Assembly (NCBI RefSeq): GCF_009914755.1
Contig: NC_060937.1
Length of the DNA stretch: 64,000 nt
Strand: one strand, 5' to 3'
From: the human T2T-CHM13v2.0 reference genome, Homo sapiens
Position 1 is the first letter of the stretch; each line of letters opens with the position of its first letter. A model generated the notes under the pieces. The model was not told the DNA's origin. It did no database searches and worked only from the letters and a program-made list of their open reading frames with translations. A program made the translations under genes and the position numbers. Positions 1-13,359 of the stretch are shown in pieces.

Positions 1-39
1 ACCTACATAAATAAATAATTTATATTGAAATGCTTTAAG

Positions 40-760
40 GAGATATTTCATTTAACTATATACATAGACAAATGTATGAAGTCATAAATATACAACACAA
101 AGTGTACACCCCAAACTAATCAGCACACAGAATAAGATAAAGAACATTTTTTGTGTCCCAGAAGTCCCTCTCATGTACACTCCAGCCCCTACTCCCTCAC
201 TTGAGGATAATGACTATTACAATTTCTAACCTTGTGTACTAGCACTTGTTTTAATCAGTGTGTATATTTTTATGTCTAGTTTTCTTTGCCCAACATTATG
301 TTTCTAGGATTCATCCATGCAGTTCATGGAGTTATAGGTTGGTCCATTCTCATTGCTGAATAATATTCTATTTTATAAAAATGTGTTGATATTTTTATCT
401 TCTCTACTATTGATGGACATTTAGGTTTTTTCCATTTTATAATATTACAAATATGCTGTTAAGAACGTTCTAGTATGTGTCTTTATTACTGTTGGCTATA
501 TAACTAAAGGTAGAAGTGCTGGATAATAAAGCATGAATATGTTTAATTTTAGTGAATATAATCAATAGTTTCCAAATTGGTTATACCAGTTCACACTCCT
601 ACTACCAGTATCTGAAAAAAAATTGCCGCCCCTTATCAATAAAAAAATTGGCATTGTCTCAATTTCTAATGAACTACATGATGGTCGCATATTTTCTTTC
701 AATTAGCATTTGCATGATGACTAAAAGCTGAACACTTGTCAGCTGTTTTATGACTAGCAT
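40..760 (-). mobile_element. Old L1M (L1ME-like) 3' region fragment
   Basis: Antisense L1M 3' motifs: 'ggattcatccatg', 'ctattgatggacatttaggtt', 'ataccagttcacactcc', 'tgcatgatgactaa...gctgaacac'. Confidence 0.7.
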
Positions 761-2056
761 TATTATTAAAAAACTAATAAATCTATCAAATTTCAATCAG
801 CTTTGACCACACAAGATAAAATTTTCATAAACCTTTCCATACTCTTTCTCCAACTTTCTGTATTCACTTAGTTTTATCTGTCACTCCCTTTTTATTTTTT
901 TAATTTAAAAACTTTAAACTAGATAAAATTACTTTTCCTTTAACAGAAAAATTTTATGCCTGCCTTATAATATTTTGTACCAAAAACACAACGTATTTTC
1001 CATACACATTTCAAACACAGAAATGTTTCTCTTATATTTAGAAGTTTTAACTGTATATATTACTTACAGTGTTAACTCTTAGTAACCTTAATTTTCAGTG
1101 CAAAACATAGGAAGGAAGTAATTTTAAGTGTTATGTATTAGATGCATAGCCCAGGAAGGACAGAGCTTTGAAGGCAATGCCTGGAAAATCTGACCCGTTC
1201 CCGCATTGCCAAGAGGCACAGCTGGGCCAGGGAGGAGGATGGGGCTAAGGCAGTGTAGACACACGTATATCCTCAGGCCTTACCATGGCTACTTGACTAG
1301 ACTTTAGACTCTGAAGGCTCGAGACCAAAGACATAAGTTCATAGACAAATCAAGCAAGTATCACCAATTCACAGAAGCAAGTTTTATAACCTTAAAACGT
1401 CTAGCAGAGATAGTATAAATTTGTCTAACTAGTAGACCCAAGCAAAATTTCTCCAATTCTGAAAATATTTTTATTTTGTTTCACCAACAATTTTAACACT
1501 CATTTTATTTACCAAAGACTACTAAACTCACATGAACTTGCAAAACATTTAGGCTTACTTACTTAACTTATGAGTGACTATTTATTTGTAAGGCAATTTT
1601 ATACTATGTAGACAATATACAAATACAGATATGTAGACAGGTATACATAAAAATAGAGACGGATACAAATATCTTATAGCTTTGATTTTAAAATTTTAGC
1701 TGTAAAATAGGGAAAGCTCACTAGCTTAAAAGGACATTTGTATTAAATTGTGCCTCTGTAAATATAGTAAGTTTATCTGTCCTACATGACTGAAGCACTT
1801 AACGAGTTTTGGAGAAAATAGTGTAGCAAATTTACATCTCAAAGAGAAGGGAGAATTTAAGCTTTTTCAAGAAGGAGTTTAGGTTTGTTAGAGGAAGACT
1901 AAGAATAATTGCCAAAGTAATACAAATCATAAGAATTCACCACAGGTTTGTATAAGGAGATCAGTTTCATTTGGATAGGTAGCTTCTCATTTTGGCTCTT
2001 TTTTCCAATTAGACCACTGAGTTCAGGATGAACCCATTAATAAATAGGACCAATAA

Positions 2057-2447
<391 letters not shown>

Positions 2448-4630
2448 TCTTTCAACTTTTACACTGAATCCCAGGTGCCCAAAAGGAGATAAATGCCATG
2501 GGAGTGGCTGTGCAATGCTTCCACAGTGCACCTAACCACCTGGGCATTTTCCTGATGATGGTGGATGATACAATGCCAATCAGCCCACTCTGTGATCAGA
2601 CTTCCCTCATGGGAGTCTTATCACTTGGTAGCAAGTGTTCCCATAGCCTCCAGATATTTAAGCCACACGTTTCTTATCTCCAAGCCCAAAGAAATAAGTA
2701 GCCCCTTGCAGTCACAACCATCCACTGCACTGTCAGTCATCTCAGAAACTATATAACCTTATAACCTTCTCTAGTAACTTGCCAGCTATTACACACCCAA
2801 AGATCCTGTTCTCTCACAGTATTAAGTAATCCCTGGTACTCTCCAAAGTCAAAGAGATCACATAGTTTAATGTGAAAGAGAGCAAAGCTTTAGACCTGAC
2901 AGAAAACTGCCCATGTCTCTTCAGACTCCAAAAGTAATCCAAAATATCCCAAAAAGAGTGTGTTCAATGCTTTTTTCTGTGTTCCTGAAGGGTCTCAGCG
3001 GTTCTAGATAACTCTTCTAGATGTCTTTACATGATATTGAAGATGGCAAAGAGGAAGGAGGAGCAGAAGTAAAGGCGAGTACAAATCTTAGAGGAGCCAT
3101 TTTCAGAAGACTATAGGTTTTCCAAAGGGGTCAAGGAAGTGTTGCATTTTTTCTTCAGCAAAATTGTACCGACAAGGAAGAAAATGAACAGAGGGACCAA
3201 ACACATAATTAAAAAGTGTCACAATTGACTGAAAAAAATTTCCCAAAATCAGGATCCAAAAGAGAAAAAAAAAATAATAAAGAATTTTTTTTCAAAAAAA
3301 ATGATTATAACCTGACATTGTCAGCTTTTAGTTAAGCTGACTTCTGGCCATACAGCTATTAAAAAAATCTTTGCGAATCTCTTATCAGATTTCAATCAGG
3401 ACAAACAGCCAATATTGCTGCCTTTTAAACTGTTTCTTTCTTTCTTTTAAATCAAAGATACCTTTCTAAGTGACTTACCAAAGCCAATAAGCCTTTAACC
3501 AAGGTTATGACTTAAACAAGGACATACTAGATATCTCCAAAGAGATGCAGAGCAGTGCTTGCAAGATTTATAACGACCCCAAAACAGCTTAAAGAAACGA
3601 ATGTTTCCATAGTCTCTAGAATCTCAGCTTCTTAGCCAACCATCTACAAACAAAAGCCCAAAATTCCCATATGCCCCAAATATGAAAGAAGTCAAAAGCT
3701 GGCCATGAAAGAGAAAAGTTATCAATAACTAATGGGTACCCCCCCAGGAATTCAAGAGTCACACAAATAATTTCCAATGGTGTACTTATTCCAGGAGGGA
3801 CCCAATTCCATAAACCTGTTCATGGAAAACCCAGCAGGTAATTTTTCATGTTTAGAATAACTTTTTATCTTAGCAAGAGGTATTATCTGGATAGAGAATA
3901 GAAGAGGCAGTTCCAGTGATCCTCTCCGTCAAAAAACTCACTCTCAGGAGTAGATTAAAATAGCAAAATACTCTTGTTGTCACAGACAGTTAAGGATAAT
4001 GTTTGAGCACACAGTGCCTTTGTTATCCCACAAATGTGTGAAGGGTCGCCAGTCACAGACATGTTAATCTATGACACCAGATAGGCTCTCCTGGGATTGG
4101 AGCTTCTCAGGACTAACCAGGCAACAAAGGGGTTGAGATGACGAAAGTCCTATAGGGATGAGACTTTTCATTAAGACAAATTTCCCTGACAGCCTGACAC
4201 CTTTGGAACAAACAGTATGCTGCCTAAAATTTTATGTGCCTCGGGGTTTCCAGCCATTTCAGACTGGCCACCAGAAGTAATCTGAAAATTATATCCCTCA
4301 GATGGTAGAGACCAGGAGAGAGTGCTTCAATTTGGTCATAAGTCAAGCTCTTAAAGACATGAAACAAGACAGAAGGTAACCTCATCCGGTTATATTTTGG
4401 GAACCCATAGTAAAGTTTATAGACACTTGTCTGATCAGAATCTCAAAACTGACTGGTCTGCAAAACCAACTTGAATGTCAGGTTTGTAGAAGTTTTAGGC
4501 CCTTGTTCTACTCTGTGCTACCCCTCTTTATGACAGAAAACACAGACAAGGGAAAATACTATTTCTGGCAGAAAAGGGATCAAACAGTATGACGATTCAG
4601 ATCAAAAAGTATATCAGGGTTGCTATACCC

Positions 4631-4685
4631 AAAACTAGTCACATGAATTCTCTTCTCAAAAACTAGTCACATGAATTCTCTTCTC
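4631..4685. repeat. Tandem duplication, 27-bp unit x2 (period 28)
   Basis: aaaactagtcacatgaattctcttctc occurs at 4631-4657 and 4659-4685. Confidence 0.95.
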
Positions 4686-4876
4686 CCATTAATCAAAATT
4701 TAGCAAAGAGAGACAGTGATATTTACCTTCTGCATGACTGGATTCCGCAGACAGAGAGGCTGAAAGCCTGGCTGGTAAGAATCTCTTACCTGCTCACTTG
4801 TCAGGTCCTGGGTTCCCTTTACTGTGGCTTCCTGAAGAGCAGAGCGTCTTTGGTAGGCTGCTGGTTGTGCCAAAAC

Positions 4877-5490
4877 CGTAGGGGCCAAGGGAACACTTCC
4901 CCTTCACCCACTTTAGGTTCCCTGAAAAATCAACTCACAAAAAAGAGATTAATAAAAGACATACAAATTAATTAATGTGAATGGGGGAAAATCACAGAGC
5001 AATTACTCCACTGTGCAATAGGGTACAGATGGCTTATATCCACTTCTTTTTAGGAGGAAGAGAGATGGGGAAGTGCAAATTATTTCAAGGGAGTAGTAAA
5101 TTATATTTAGGGGACTCAATGGGCTTGGATGCACAGTGGCCTGGGACAAAGTCTGTTGGACGCACATAACAGACAATGGTTTGTGACAATAGTCTGTCCA
5201 GGTGTGTTGACAGATTTGTCTTTCTTCATGCAATATGAGTTCAGTTATTAAAAGCTCAAGGAAGGAACCAGAGGTGATTATTCTCTTCTTTTGTGTGTTC
5301 ATACTTTGGGCAGATAAGGGAACTCAGAGAACAACTTTATCTCGTGCTTTGGAGGGATAGAGGGTTAAGAGAAGGTGGGGTAAAGTGTGTGGGAGGGGGA
5401 AGGTCAAAGAGACCACGAGAGGCTTCTTCAGTTCAGCAATTCAAAAGTGCCCTGTTTTTGGGGTGTCAGTTTCTGAGCCTCAGCCCAACA
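4877..5490 (-). mobile_element. MER39-like LTR (MER4 group, ERV1); 5' LTR of the element at 761-4876
   Basis: Minus strand starts TGTTGGGCTGAGGCTCAGAAAC...GCTGAACTGAAGAAGCC and ends ...GAAGTGTTCCCTTGGCCCCTACG. Confidence 0.75.
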
Positions 5491-5645
5491 ATGTATTGTT
5501 AACTACAGGCACTATGTTGTATAACAGATCTTTAGAATTTACTCATCTAGCATAACTTAAATTTTATACTTATTTACCCCTCAATTCCAGCCCCTGGCAA
5601 CCGCTATTTCTATGAATTTTACTACTATAAATACCTCATATGTGG
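5491..5645 (-). mobile_element. L1MA/L1MB 3' end fragment
   Basis: 'actatgttgtataacagatctttagaatttactcatc', 'cagcccctggcaacc', 'atacctcatat'. Confidence 0.7.
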
Positions 5646-6374
5646 GGGAAAGGTGGCCTGAGTTTGAGGCTCATCAAGTTTTCTATTTGGTTCCTTTATT
5701 TGGTTATTCTATTTCTATTTGGTTACTCCAGCTCTGCCAGTTTATCTCTGGACTTGCCCATTTTCATGCCATCTGAATTCTTACTCTTTTGGTCAGGCAT
5801 GAAATCCACACCTACACCCCACAGAATTGGCTGTAATCACCCTGCCATCTCTATTACTCTTCTGTAATAAAATTTTAAGTCTTCTAGTCTTTGGTATACT
5901 TTAGTTTTCTGTTGCCATTAAATAGATAATTTATGTACATTTTCTGACTTTCTAAAAATTTTTGGTGAAATAATAATTCTAAAACAAGCTGTTCCAGGTT
6001 CTCCTCAAAGACTTCATTGAGGTGCTTTTGGTTTTATCCACACAGAAAAATGAAATGCCTAATCTACTTATTTTGCAACTAATTTCCTCACATACATGGT
6101 TATCTATCTGTATGTTGTGTCATATTATGAAAGCACATTGAAAAAATATAAACTATATATATATAAACTATGTCATTCTAAAATGTTGCCTACTCTCCTT
6201 CCTTAGAAAGTAGTTTTAAAAATTAACCTTCTTTTAATGATTCATAAATTTGTAGTATTGGATGCCTCTCTCTCCTCTCTCTATCAAATATATGGACAGT
6301 GCTATTTTTCAGTTGTAGGTTAGTGCTAATTGTTTGCAACTAAGAGTAATTTGACTAGGATTCTAGATCTGTGC

Positions 6375-6685
6375 TTTTTTTTTTTTTTCTGTTTGTTTGT
6401 TTTAGAGACAGGGTCTCACTCTGTTGCCCAGGCTGAAGTGCAGTGGCACGATCTCGACTGACTGTGGACTTGACCCTCCATGCTCAAGCGATCCTATTGC
6501 CTCAACCTCCCGAGTATCTGGGACCACAGGAATGCACCACCATGCCCTGCTAGTTTTTCATTTTTTGTAGAGACAGGGGTCTCATTATATTGCCCAGGCT
6601 GATCTTAAATCCTGGGGTCAAGTGATCCTCCCACCTCGGCCTCCCAAAGTGCTGGGACTACAGGTGTGAGCCACTGTACCTGGCC
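6375..6685 (-). mobile_element. AluJ
   Basis: Antisense Alu with J features ('gctcaagcgatcct', 'gtctcattatattgcccagg'); diverged TSD agatctgt/aggtctgt. Confidence 0.92.
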
Positions 6686-6704
6686 AGGTCTGTTTTTTAA
6701 GGGC

Positions 6705-6770
6705 TAGGTGATATTAGCAAAATCCCTCTGCTCACAGGGTGTCAGTTTCCCTGTTGCTAAAATGAGTTAG
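6705..6770 (+). mobile_element. MIR core fragment
   Basis: 'gtcagtttccctgttgctaaaatgag' resembles the MIR core. Confidence 0.45.
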
Positions 6771-6816
6771 GTGACGTATTTAAAATTAAATGGTAAGTCC
6801 TATATAGCTACGAAAT

Positions 6817-6884
6817 TGGTATTAGGTATTAGGATTAATTAATTAGGATTAATTAATTAATTAATCTGGTATTAGGATTAATCC
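6817..6884. repeat. Low-complexity (TTAA)n / TATTAGG-ATTA repeat
   Basis: ggtattaggtattaggattaattaattaggattaattaattaattaatctggtattaggattaatcc. Confidence 0.85.
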
Positions 6885-7109
6885 ATGCTGAATTTAACAT
6901 ACAGCATATAATTAATTTTTATTTGTTTTTAATAGGTTTTTGCCATCTAGATAACACCTTTTTATGTTAAATATACTTTCTTCTCATGAAATATCAAAGG
7001 AAAAAATACTTTGATTATTGAAGTTTCTTCTTATTACTAATTATAGTTACCATGCTTACTGTGCAACAGCACTGTGCTTATATCTTTCAGAAGAGACTAT
7101 CTTATGTTG

Positions 7110-7312
7110 TTTCTTTTTCTCCCTCTGTCTGTCTCTACCTCTATCTCTCTGCAGCTTTGGAGTCTACAATAAGCTTCGTCGAATTTATTTAATTTTTAAA
7201 TTTTATTTTTAAGAGACACTACCATCTCATATTGAAGCTTCACATTAGGTTCAGTTTGTCCTTCAAAACTGGATTAGAGAGCATTGCCAACACATATGGT
7301 AACTTCTGGAAC
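7110..7312 (+). repeat. Copy 1 of a local diverged direct duplication
   Basis: 7241-7312 aligns without gaps to 8951-9022 (offset 1710) with 8 mismatches; similarity extends upstream to the pyrimidine tract. Confidence 0.9.
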
Positions 7313-7651
7313 TCTAAAATTTCATGGTCTTCCACAGTCAAGTGTTTATTTCTCGCTCATGCCACATGTCCAGTGAAGGTTGGCTATAACTCTGCTATGC
7401 TTCACCTTCACTCTGGTCTGCGTTTGTTAAGAGTATTATCAATCATGTAGAAGAGAGAAAAGGCATATAGTAGAAACCACATAATGCATCTCAAAACTTC
7501 TGCCCACAGGTGCTACACATGAAACTTGTAACCAGTTACTACAGGCGAAAGCAAATCCATGTCTTCAGGCTGGTGTCATCAGGGAGAGAAGGTAAATCCT
7601 CCTTAAGTAGGGGCAACGAATATTTGCAAAAATAAGATACAGCCTAACACA
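7311..7651 (-). mobile_element. Old MaLR LTR (MLT1K/L-like)
   Basis: 'gtttatttctcgctcatgccacatgtcca', 'aaaacttctgccc', terminal 'ggggcaacgaatatttg...cctaacaca'. Confidence 0.7.
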
Positions 7652-8799
7652 ACGTACTTAAATATATTATTTACATAAACTTTAATTCAGGACTAACAGT
7701 AGGTGATACTTTCTTAATTCTGGGGGAAACAAAGCTATGACCATAGATGTAAAGCTGTCAAATTCAAAAGGCCTGGATTTGAATGCAGATGCAGACTTAT
7801 GGTTGTCAAAGAATATATTCTTAACTTCTACTCATTTGGTCAAATTTTTATGAATTGATTGTATTCTTTTATTGTGATCTCCTAAAAATAAATAAGAATG
7901 AGCTAAATGAAAATAAGGACAATGATTTTTTTTTTCTTTTTCAAAAACTGGGATTGCCATTGCCCTGTTGGAAACTATGTTCTATATGGCTCCTAAGCTT
8001 TTAAAACATTTGTTTTTTTTATTTTCATGGAAACTTTTTCATGGTGATTCTATTTTTAAATTCTAATATTGCTGTTTAATTTTTTTGACCAAGGAGGTAG
8101 AGGAGCAATGAGTCAAAGTCAAAGAAGTAGAGTAAGGAGAAAAGGAGGGGCAAGCATAGCACTTTTCATCCCACAGAAATTGGGAATTTAACAGCTGATT
8201 AGCTGTTAGAGTGTCTTACAGGTTCCCTTGTGTTTTACATTTCTTTTAGCTCAATTAATGACTCACTCTGCCTTTTAATCTGCCCTCCTTAGATTATTAA
8301 CACAGTAGCCTTGTTAATCTAAGGGAAATTGCAAGGAGGCGGGTGTTAAATACTATTGGCCAGTATCTTTCCCATATTAGAATGCTTAATCATGTCTTGC
8401 TGATTCATATTTAGACCTTTCTGTATTTAACCTGGTTCTATAGTTGATATATGACACAGCTTCTAAATTTTCATTATTCTGGAATTTATTGAATAATGTT
8501 TGAAATTGTTTTTGAAAAAGATTATTTTTTAGGTTCCACAGACAAAGCATAAAATTAAAATATGTTTCATATTCCTTCAGCTTTGGTTTCCACATAAGGA
8601 TATAAGATCATTGATGTAAAACAAGTGAGTTTCACTTTATACCCAGGTAATATGATCTAGCATTTATTAAAGAAAGAAAAGTATAGTCAATATTGGTTGC
8701 TGCTGCTCCATTATTGCATTAGGTTATTTGCTACTTTTTCTAAACTCCTCTAGTCTCACAATTTCATTGTTATTAATCCAGGAAAACAAGAATTTAAGA

Positions 8800-9022
8800 C
8801 TTTCTGTTTTTCTCTTTCTCTCTCCTCTCTTTCTCTCTCTTTTCTTCCTCTACCTCTAGCTCTCTGGCTTTGGAAGCTATAATAAGTTCCACTCAGTTAA
8901 TTTTTTTTAATTATTTTTCTGAGGCACTGCAAACTTGTATTCAGAGGTTCCACATTAGATTTAGTTTGTCCTTCAAAACTGGATTAGAGAGAGATGTGAA
9001 CACATATGGTAACTCCTGGAAC
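8800..9022 (+). repeat. Copy 2 of the local diverged direct duplication
   Basis: Shares the 29-bp exact core agtttgtccttcaaaactggattagagag and 'aacacatatggtaact' with copy 1. Confidence 0.9.
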
Positions 9023-11441
9023 AGTTCATAGTTTGAACAACCTACAGGAAACCACGAAAGCCACATTTCCTGTCAGTATTGTAAAGCCAAAATCTGTGTT
9101 TGGAAATGAACTTGAGCATGTGCTTAAAATCTGTGCAGAAACCCATTTAGTGATCTTATGCAGTTTTAGAGGTGACGTATCTCGAATGACATTCAAATAA
9201 AAGCTACCAAAACCTTGATTGCATTTTAATAAGTGAAAGTAATTTCAAGTTTTATTTTATGTTTTTTAAATGGATACTATTTTTACAATTTTTAAACTCC
9301 ACTCCAAATCAGAGTTAAGTTCAATTGCTTGTCTCTCCTTGCTTTGCCTATGAGTTCCATTTATGTTTTTTCTCCAAAAGACAAGATGTAAAATTTTTGT
9401 CCTTAAAATAGTTTCCAGTTTTTCATGTTCATTCTGTGAAAAAAGTGTGCAATATGTTTACGTAAATAATGTTTCAGCCATCCCTGGTATTAGATATGAG
9501 TGGTGAAATAAACCAGTAACAAGCTAAATAAATTTTTAAATATCTTCAGTATATGAGTGCTGTATGTGAATAGGTCGTTTGATCTTTTAGAAAGAACAGA
9601 GTTGATAAGAAACACTATAGCAAATTTCCAAAGCCTGAAAGCTCCTGGCTGTTAACAATTGGCACTTCAAAGATTCTTTGACAGCAAAGATGGTGACAGC
9701 TAAGAGTGTATCATGAGGAGAGTTTATAGTAAACAAATGTTGCCTTTGATGCAAATTTGGGTTTCTAAAAACATTAGTTATTACTGAATGGATTTTCAAA
9801 GGCTGCTCTACAAAGCCTGCTGGAGAAATTGCTCTGTGGCATTACTCCAAGCTTGTGTTTATGTATGAAAAATGGGACTTTTTCATTTTCAAATGGAGGA
9901 TTATAGTTATAGGTATCTTCCATGTATATTATGTTCAGTAAGGATTATGTGTCAATTTAGCCCAGAGAATAAGCTGTTATGCGATGACTGATGTTTGAGA
10001 AGATTCTTTCAACTTTGGATAGGCTACTCATCTCTAGCTTTTATCATCCCAGGGCTCACCTATTCAGCAGAATTCTTTCCCTCTATACTCTCTTAGTCTA
10101 CAGCTTCACCTGAGAAACTTGTGTAGCTGTATATCCGAGTGTGCGTTCTACCATTATTATTTTTCTCCAATATAGAGTTTTCTCATCTTTCTCTTCTTAT
10201 TCAGTTAAATTTTGAACTTACTAGAATTCTTCCAAACTTAGTCTCCTCTTCTCTTTCACACTTAGAATATATAGTATTAGATAGGAAAGTTGATTCTGCA
10301 GTGTCTACTCGCCATGAAGCTAAATTGGATAGAAGCCAGTCTAAGGCCAACATTAATTTATTCAACAATACAAACCTTTCCTTCAATTTTATGGAAAAAG
10401 ATTATTTTGTTTGCCAGTGTTTATACATATAGATTAAATATGCCACCAGGTGTAAAAAGGGAAGCACTACACTAGGTTCTTAGAAATCGCAAGGCAGTTG
10501 TCAAGCCTTCTTGTTCTCTTACTGTTTTACAGCTCTGTTTATAAAACTTCATGGCTGAATTGGCAGGAAGAAAACAACCACAGATAAATTATCCACCTAA
10601 AGGATTAACATTCATTAATATAGATAACAGTGTCAAATTTAAGAGTATTAGGTGGCAATTGTGGTGAAGTGGTTTTAATGACTAAAGATACAATGAGGAT
10701 AATTTAAAAGGCTTTTGAAAGAAATGTCAACCCAACACTCTAATGAGGGTGAATTTTTTAAAGAATGATGAGACTGTTTACATTCAGCAGACATCTTGTT
10801 CTTCACATAGACCAAAATACAAATGAGACAAGTTAGTGGTGGATGAGAAATAGAGATAAATTATTAATATCTCTGTCATCCTGAACCATTGGGCTGTTCT
10901 TCTTATCTACCGTCTGACATTAGGTGTGTTTACAGTAAACCCAACCATTTTTGCTTTAGTGTATAACAATTTATTTTTATTATTTGCTGAGATGCTTACA
11001 CATATATGCACATATTTTTGCTTGATACAGAAATATCAGTTTACTTTATATAAGTTGCATATTGTGATACAGAGATGAATCAGGTATAAGTGAATACATT
11101 TCTCAACAAATTTATGTTTATGTTTAAAAAACAAACAAAACGATACATTTAAACATCAAAACAGTAAAATGAAGAAATTGTATTATAGCTATGTTAGACA
11201 ACAGATTAGTATTTATATATTATTCAGTATAGATATAAGTTGGTACAATGAGCCCTATCCTCTCAATATATGCTTTAGGCAAAAACACAATAAATAGTTA
11301 ATGTAAGAAGAAATCAGGATGTGTAATCAATACATCTATAAAGGTTCACTGCCACTAATAATCAAATAGTTGTAAATTAAAACAAGTTATATTTTTTGTT
11401 TTTCGACTTTGCAAAAATTGGAAACAAATTATAAATAATAA

Positions 11442-11767
<326 letters not shown>

Positions 11768-12689
11768 AAACAATGCTATTCCTAATAATAAAAACTTTAA
11801 AAATTATATTTAAATTATATTTTAAACTGACGTTTTAAAATAATGAATTTATCAGTCAACATTTGGTCAGGAAAACAGTTTATAACTAAAATGAATTGGC
11901 TAACATGCACAAGACATCATAATTAACGTTTCAGGGCATTATAATATTACTTTTGGACTTGTCTTTGCTCTAGAGGTGTAAAATAAGACATTTATATTAT
12001 CAGTTCTGCTTTGATGAACTAGTTTTCACTTTCACCACTGGTATGTTAAAAACATTTTCTCACAAAGATATTCATTTCAATGAGTTAAAAGAAACATTTA
12101 TTGGGTTTGGGGAAGCAAAGCAATGTGTGAACATGAAGAATTGGGGTCAGAAAAGTGAGGGGACCAGAATTTAGTTAGATAGACAGGAACCAGAAAAATT
12201 CATATCACATAGAAATCAGAGCAAAATATGTCCCAAGAGCATGCGGGGCATCAGCAGGAAATGAGAAATAGGTGAAGTCAAGTAGAAGAATAAGCCCTCG
12301 GCACACATAAATAAGGAAAGGCATCACAACTGAGGCCATTTTCTATTGCAGTCTTGCTGAACTTTAAGCTTCTTGAGAGCAAGGACCATCTTTTATTCCA
12401 ATACGTAGTAGAATGGCTGGAAGAAATGTGTTCAAAAGTAGAACTGAAATAATGGACTCTACCCTTTAACCTTGAGGCGGCCTATTCTGGAGTTTTCAGC
12501 CACTTAATATCAAGAGCAATTGCCAAACCAAAATAAATAATAATTTTACAGTTATAATTTATTCTAATGAAAGGCAGAAAAATATTTTATTTATTCTATA
12601 CAAAAAGGTAGATATCTTGGATTGAAAAGGTCAAAATAAAAAGTTTTGTGCTTTGACTTCACTTTGAATTACATCTTTTTTGTGATACT

Positions 12690-12805
12690 TGGTATGCAAT
12701 ATTATGTGCATTTATTTATGTTTGTCTCCCCTACTACAGAGTAAGCTTCTTGTCCTGGAACATATATTCCTCTTTACATTCTCAGCACCAGGTTGTACTG
12801 ATAGT
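12690..12805 (+). mobile_element. L2 3' end fragment (a smaller one lies at ~12360-12400)
   Basis: 'tttgtctcccctactacagagtaagcttcttg' and 'taagcttcttgagagcaaggacc' resemble the L2 3' terminus. Confidence 0.5.
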
Positions 12806-12839
12806 TTCCATTACTTTTAAATTGATCTGAAATTTTCCC

Positions 12840-13325
12840 CTTTTGAACAACCATTCATTTCCCTTCTCCATCTCATGCTTTAGGCTGAATCAACTTTATA
12901 CTTGACTCAAAGAGCAGACCTGTGCTCTAGGCCTGAATAATATGATTCTTTTCAGAAATGAGTCTATAACTCCAAAGTAGACTTCACCAGTGAAAATCAA
13001 TCCTTGAGATGATTGCTACAGTTCTTAAATAAGAAGCATTCTTTTCTTTTGAACTCCAAACTGTAAGAATGATGTAAGCAGTACTTACACAATATAAAGA
13101 GATCTTGCTCAATAATGAAAGAAATAGAAGAGAGAGTAAGTGAAAAGCTGAAGTGGAAGAGAGAGAAAGAGAAAGAGATGGAGAGACTTGATGGTACCGA
13201 GCCCTTAGAACTCTCTCTGAAATCTAACCCTATTTTCTCAGGGTTACATAGGCCAATACATTTCTTTTTTGTACTTGAGTTTGTTTGAATTAGATATCTG
13301 TCACCCACAAGTGAGAGAGTGATCA
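12840..13325 (+). mobile_element. Old MaLR LTR (MLT1J/K-like)
   Basis: 3' end 'gccaatacatttctttttt...agtttgtttgaattagatatctgtcacccacaagtgagagagt' is typical of MLT1. Confidence 0.55.
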
Positions 13326-13359
13326 AAATTTTCTAGTGGAAACTAAGATCAATTGTAAG

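Noticed and set aside
10442-10458. CTCF-like motifs (ccaccaggtgtaa here; ccactagagtgtag at ~17862; tctataaggggcgcta on the minus strand at ~63258-63273)
   Set aside because: Each mismatches core consensus positions; not supportable without a PWM scan or ChIP data
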